From Candidatus Eiseniibacteriota bacterium (GTDB lineage Bacteria; Eisenbacteria; RBG-16-71-46), in assembly GCA_038231135.1 (NCBI GenBank), contig JBBRLX010000002.1:64001-128000 (forward strand): DNA of 64,000 nucleotides. Direction: 5' to 3'. Of this stretch, positions 59,609-64,000 are shown piece after piece. Under the pieces are notes generated by a model, which saw only the letters and a list, made by a program, of their open reading frames with translations, was not told the origin of the DNA and did not search any database. Numbering within the stretch: the stretch's first letter is position 1; every line of letters begins with the position of its first letter. Made by a program: the position numbers and the translations under genes.

Positions 59609-61477
59609 ATGAAGCGTGAGCTCATGGCTGTCACCTGTCTGGCGTGTCTGGCCCTGACCCTGAACCTGGCGCTCGCGGCGGCGGCGCCCAAGAGCCCGCG
59701 CGCACGGAGCGCGACCGGCACCACCCGGACGACGGCGGGCTCCCACGCAGCCTCCAGGACTGGCTCCAAGACAGCCTCCCAGTCTGCTGCGCGCCCGGTG
59801 AGCGCCGGCTCTGGACATGGGCCCGGGGTCCCCGACGCGGTGTCCTTACCGCTGCTGTCCGACTCGGACGTGCTCGCCCGGGTCGCGGACCGGGTCATCA
59901 CCGTCAAGGACTTCAACGACGCCTACTTCAACGGCGATCCCGAAGCCCGCCCCGGCACCGACAGCCTGAGCCGGGTCGGGTTCCTGACCAGCATGGTGAA
60001 CAAGGAGGTCCTGGGACTCGTGGCGCTCAAGATCGACAAGCCGCTCGAATTCGAGGACCGCACCACGCTGCGCGACCATACGAACCGCGTGCTGTCGAAC
60101 GTGCTGTACGCGCGGATGGTGATCGATTCGGTGCAGATCACCGACGCGGACATCGCGAAGATGTACGAGCAGTTCAAGTACGAGGTCCATCTCAAGCATA
60201 TTCAAGTCGCCGACCACGCCACCGCGGAGCAGGTGCGCCACGAGCTGCAGTCGAGGCGGTTGCCGTGGAGCGTCGCGGTCCGCAAGTACTCGGTGGCGCA
60301 GGACCGCGAGCGGGATGGCGACATGGGCTGGCGGGGACGGCTCGGGATGGACGCCACGATCGCCGCCGCGGTATGGGAACTCAAGCCGGGGGAACTGTCG
60401 GAGGTGCTCGAGGACCCGCAGGGCTTCCACGTCCTGATGGTGTCGGAGCGCAGGCCGACCACGGCGCCGGCGCTCACGCCGTTGCGCTCGATGATCCATG
60501 ACCAGATCCTCGGACTGCGTGCCGGCGAGCGCCAGCGCGACATCCAGGTGCGGCTGATCTCGAAGGTGAACGTCGTCTACGACGAAGCGAACATCCGCTG
60601 GGCGTCGGGCAAGTTCGAGCGGGCCGTGTCCATGACCTCCGACGGCCAGGCCCCGACGATCGAGATCAATCCGAATCTGCCCGACGTCACGACCACCGAC
60701 CGCGCCCGCGTGCTGGCGCACTACAAGGGCGGCCAGGTCACCATGGACCAGTTGCTGCACGCCTACGAGAGCATGCCCACGATGCTGCGGCCGGCGATGA
60801 ACACCGTCGCCGCCGTGGAGGAGCAGGTCCAGGCGATCATCCTCGAACCCACGATGCTCCAGCTCGCGTACGATCGCGGCCTCGACAAGGATCCCGAGGC
60901 GGTGTCGCTGATCCGCAAGAAGCGCGAGGAACTGCTGGTCACGCACATGTTCCAGGACTCGATCCAGTCGCGCGTGAAGGTGACCGCCGCCATGCGCCAC
61001 AAGTATTACGAGGACAACAAGAAGGGGTATTTCACGTTCCCGCACGTGCAATACGCCGCGTTCTCGGTCCATTCCAAGGCGGGGGCGGATTCGCTCAAGG
61101 CGCGGCTGCTGCGCGGCGAGAAGGCCGAGGCGATCCTGCTCGCGGATTCACTCGCGGGCGTGAAACGCGGCTCGATCCAGGGGCGGTTCCAGAGCGAGCA
61201 TGGTCCCTATCAGAAGGTGCTGTTCGAGGAGCTGAGGCCGGGACAGGTGACGACGGATGGGCCCGACCGGTCCGGCGACTACATCGTGCTCCAGTCGATC
61301 GCGTTCGATGGCGGCCACCAGCTGACGTTCGCGGAGGTCGAGCGCTCGCTGGACGAATCGCTGCAGAACGCGGAGGCCGACCGCATGCTCCAGCAGTTCA
61401 TCGCGCGGCACGCGAAGGCGTATCGCGTCGAGGAGCATCCCGAGCGCGTCATGCACTTCCGGCTCAGCGCCGGCTGA
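59609..61477 (+). CDS. Secreted PpiC-type peptidyl-prolyl isomerase (SurA/PrsA-like, two modules)
   Basis: GGAG RBS; VLARVADRVITVKDF, HLKHIQV, KYS...DGDMGW, LKPGELSE, GFHVL. Confidence 0.85.
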   Translation: MKRELMAVTCLACLALTLNLALAAAAPKSPRARSATGTTRTTAGSHAASRTGSKTASQSAARPVSAGSGHGPGVPDAVSLPLLSDSDVLARVADRVITVKDFNDAYFNGDPEARPGTDSLSRVGFLTSMVNKEVLGLVALKIDKPLEFEDRTTLRDHTNRVLSNVLYARMVIDSVQITDADIAKMYEQFKYEVHLKHIQVADHATAEQVRHELQSRRLPWSVAVRKYSVAQDRERDGDMGWRGRLGMDATIAAAVWELKPGELSEVLEDPQGFHVLMVSERRPTTAPALTPLRSMIHDQILGLRAGERQRDIQVRLISKVNVVYDEANIRWASGKFERAVSMTSDGQAPTIEINPNLPDVTTTDRARVLAHYKGGQVTMDQLLHAYESMPTMLRPAMNTVAAVEEQVQAIILEPTMLQLAYDRGLDKDPEAVSLIRKKREELLVTHMFQDSIQSRVKVTAAMRHKYYEDNKKGYFTFPHVQYAAFSVHSKAGADSLKARLLRGEKAEAILLADSLAGVKRGSIQGRFQSEHGPYQKVLFEELRPGQVTTDGPDRSGDYIVLQSIAFDGGHQLTFAEVERSLDESLQNAEADRMLQQFIARHAKAYRVEEHPERVMHFRLSAG

Positions 61478-61502
61478 TCGGCGGCGCAGGCCCTGGAGAC
61501 GA

Positions 61503-61526
61503 ATGCCCGTCGCGGACGGCGGGCAT
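61503..61526. terminator. Hairpin between convergent genes
   Basis: atgcccgtcg-cgga-cggcgggcat (10 bp, one G-U). Confidence 0.45.
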
Positions 61527-61552
61527 CGTCCCGGTTCGGCCCGTGTGCCCCG

Positions 61553-62293
61553 TCAGCGATACAGGCCCTTGATCGTGCCCCAGGTGGTGTTGCGGACCGG
61601 CGTGCTGCTCGGGCAGTTGGCGACGGCCGAATTCTGCCAGGTGACGTAGTTGCGGTCCTTGGGCGTCGTCAGCACGGGATCGTTGTTCTGATCCGGCGGC
61701 TGGAACAACTGGATGCTGTTGAACACGATGCACGCCTCCTGCGAGCAACCGGCGCAGGATCCGCCACCGAGGGTCTTCGAACGCGCCAGATTCACCTTGA
61801 ACGCGTAGTACTCGGTGGCCGAGTCCACCGGACCACGGTTGTCGATGGGAACGGCACACGTCACGCGCAGCCGCCCGCGATTCGCGCTCTGGAACCCCGA
61901 ATCCCAGGCGGTGCCGCCGGCCGCCTGACCGACGTAGAAGTCGGCGCAGGTGAACGGGCCCGCGGTGAAATCGAAGCTCGTCGACATGCCGGTGGTGCCG
62001 CGACATTCGGCGGCGCCGTGCCGCCACCAGTCGGGAAGCGTGGCGCCCACCTTCACGTCGAGCTGGGCGGTCATCCCGAGGAACTGCGTCACGCCCGCTG
62101 GCGGCGTGAACGACGCGAGCATTGAAAACGGCAGGCCGGAATTGCTGTTGCAGTCGAAGGTCGCCGAGGCCGCCCCGGCAGTCCCGCAGTCGTTCCACGA
62201 CAGGTTGATTCCGCTCACGTTCACTCCGGCGGTTGCCAGCCCCGAAAACGCCATCAACGCCAGCCCCGCCATCCCGAGCATCCTGCTCTTCAT
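61553..62293 (-). CDS. Secreted Cys-rich protein with C-terminal TWGTIKGLYR tag
   Basis: GAGGAGG RBS before MKSRMLG; signal peptide; paralog of the next two genes. Confidence 0.85.
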   Translation of the reverse strand: MKSRMLGMAGLALMAFSGLATAGVNVSGINLSWNDCGTAGAASATFDCNSNSGLPFSMLASFTPPAGVTQFLGMTAQLDVKVGATLPDWWRHGAAECRGTTGMSTSFDFTAGPFTCADFYVGQAAGGTAWDSGFQSANRGRLRVTCAVPIDNRGPVDSATEYYAFKVNLARSKTLGGGSCAGCSQEACIVFNSIQLFQPPDQNNDPVLTTPKDRNYVTWQNSAVANCPSSTPVRNTTWGTIKGLYR

Positions 62294-62470
62294 CGGTTCC
62301 TCCTCGCGAGCCCCTTTTTGTTGATCACGCCACACGATGCAGGCGCGGGGCGGAAACGCGCGCCACGCGGATGGATCCCAGGCCGGATCGCACCGTACCA
62401 CGCAGCGCCGATGGCGGGACACTCGCGCGCCGATTCGCCGTCACCGGGACGGACTCCACGGCGCCGCCCG

Positions 62471-63223
62471 TCAGCGATAGAGTTGCTTGATCCTGCCCCA
62501 GCTACTTGCACGCACGGGCACCGCCGCGCAATCGGCGCCGGTCCCATGGCTCCAGACCGCGATGTTGGCGGCGAGCGGCCCGGGCGTCTCGAGCAGGATC
62601 TCGGTGGGAACGCTCTTCGGACCACGCAGCAGCTTGATGCTGTTGAGCACGAGGCAGGCGGCTTGCTGACAGCCCGCACACTGGTCGGGGACCACGGTGT
62701 GCTGGTTGCCGATCAGCAGTTTGAGCGCGTAGTACACGGTTCCCGCGGCGATGACCCGTGCCGAGTCCGAGCGGATCGCGTAGGTGCCGACCATGCGGGC
62801 CTGGTCGTCGCGCGAGTGCGGAAATCCGGGGTAGTAGAAGATCGCCACACCCGAACCCAGATTGCGCCACGGATCCGCGCAGGCGCTCTCGTTCGAAAAA
62901 TCCCCGCTCACCCGCAGTTGGCCGTCGCGGCAGTGGCCCTCCTGCATCTGCCACCAGTCGGACAGCGCCCCCTGGCCGCTCTGAAAGTCGACCGTGATCT
63001 CGATGCCGATCACGTTGTCGACCGTCTGGCCAACCGTGAACGAGCTGACCAGCGCGTTCGCGCCGTCGTTGGTCTGGCAGATGCCGACCGCGTCGCGGGA
63101 CCCGGAACCGAGCGCGCAGTCGTCCCAGTTCAGGAATAGCTGCCCGTCGAACGCGTAGGCTTGGGGGAGATGGAACAGCGTCGCCGCCAGCACCAGCAGG
63201 CACGCACGGAATCGGGTTCGCAT
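62471..63223 (-). CDS. Secreted Cys-rich protein with C-terminal SWGRIKQLYR tag
   Basis: Signal peptide ending AYA; LNWDDC, DWW, CAGC..ACLVLN conserved with the paralogs. Confidence 0.82.
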   Translation of the reverse strand: MRTRFRACLLVLAATLFHLPQAYAFDGQLFLNWDDCALGSGSRDAVGICQTNDGANALVSSFTVGQTVDNVIGIEITVDFQSGQGALSDWWQMQEGHCRDGQLRVSGDFSNESACADPWRNLGSGVAIFYYPGFPHSRDDQARMVGTYAIRSDSARVIAAGTVYYALKLLIGNQHTVVPDQCAGCQQAACLVLNSIKLLRGPKSVPTEILLETPGPLAANIAVWSHGTGADCAAVPVRASSWGRIKQLYR

Positions 63224-63310
63224 GCGTCTGAGCTTAACCGCTCCGGCAACGCGCGCAACCAGTTCGCGACGGGCGCGGTGAGCGATCCCAGCGCGCCGGC
63301 GCACCAAACG

Positions 63311-63342
63311 CCGAAGCGACCGTCTTGCGACGGTCGCTTCGG
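63311..63342 (-). terminator. Perfect 14-bp hairpin downstream of the 63368 gene
   Basis: ccgaagcgaccgtc-ttgc-gacggtcgcttcgg; GCAA tetraloop on the minus strand. Confidence 0.7.
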
Positions 63343-63367
63343 AGGTGTTGCAGTGCTGTGTTCGAGA

Positions 63368-64000
63368 CTAGCGGTACAGGCTCTTCACCTGTCCCCACGT
63401 GCTGACCCTCGTGGGGGTGCTGTTCTGGCACCCGGGGGGGCCAGAAACAGGCGACTGCCAGGTCACGTAGTTCCGGTCGGCAGGATTCGTGATGACCGGG
63501 TCGTTGTTCTGATCGGGCGGCTGGAACAGCTGCAGCTCGTTCAGCACGATGCAAGCCGGGTTCGCGCAGCCGACGCAGCTACCCGCGCCGGTCGTCTTCG
63601 CCCGCAGCAGGCTCACCTTGAACGAGTAATACTCGGTCGACGCGTCCACCGGGCCGCGATTGTCGATCGGCACTGCGCACGTGATCCGCAGACGTCCGCG
63701 GTCCGCCGTGCCGAAGCCCACGTCATACGCGCTGCCACCGGCCGCCGCACCGGCGAAGAAGTCGGCGCAGATGAACGGTCCACCCGTGAAGTCGAAGGAC
63801 ACCGACAAACCGGTCGTGCTGCGGCAGAAGCCGGTGCCGTGCGCCCACCAATCCGGCAGCACCGCCGCGTCCGTCTTGATGTCGATCTGGCCCGACTCGC
63901 CCAGGAACTGGTCGATGCCCGCCGGTGGAATGAACGAACCGATCATGACGAACGGTGCGCCGGCGTTGCTGTTACACGCAAACGTCGTGTTCTGTGTGCC
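63368..64000 (-). CDS. Cys-rich protein with C-terminal TWGQVKSLYR tag, 5' end truncated by window edge
   Basis: Frame stays open to the window end (GTQNTTFACNSNAGAPF...); very similar to 61553..62293. Confidence 0.85.
   Translation of the reverse strand, partial: GTQNTTFACNSNAGAPFVMIGSFIPPAGIDQFLGESGQIDIKTDAAVLPDWWAHGTGFCRSTTGLSVSFDFTGGPFICADFFAGAAAGGSAYDVGFGTADRGRLRITCAVPIDNRGPVDASTEYYSFKVSLLRAKTTGAGSCVGCANPACIVLNELQLFQPPDQNNDPVITNPADRNYVTWQSPVSGPPGCQNSTPTRVSTWGQVKSLYR

Overview
High-GC bacterial chromosomal segment from a diderm organism. Proteins with T9SS/FlgD-like C-terminal domains, a PorV-family barrel, a C25 (PorU/gingipain-like) peptidase and small secreted proteins ending in (S/T)WGx(I/V)KxLYR suggest an FCB-superphylum candidate lineage such as Eisenbacteria (inference only). 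From left to right the window holds: two divergent SAM methyltransferases; an accessory block with two paralogous 8-repeat beta-propeller secreted proteins; nitrilase, metH, an SDR and an M3 oligopeptidase; a lipoate/Fe-S/NAD cluster (thioesterase, E2, lipB, iscA, DUF2203, nadA, lipA); a translationally coupled TonB-receptor/PorV/lipoprotein/CTD-protein operon followed by an OB-fold surface protein; a nucleoside salvage neighbourhood (add, rpiB, udk, tdk, BMP-type ABC transporter); two GT-C membrane proteins; an RGPP-containing secreted leader ORF coupled to two ComEA-like HhH proteins; an array of three ~64-nt structured repeats with compensatory base changes; a C25 peptidase flanked by three PPIase-family genes; and three tandem Cys-rich secreted paralogs with a conserved C-terminal tag. 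I saw no rRNA, tRNA, CRISPR array, transposase or integrase. The most interesting items are the structured repeat array (51697-51918), the WGxIKxLYR-tagged protein family, the RGPP leader, a T9SS-like sorting toolkit and a possible extracellular nucleic-acid foraging module that includes an RpiB with an encapsulation-peptide-like N-terminus. All family assignments come from motif recognition by eye, not from database searches.
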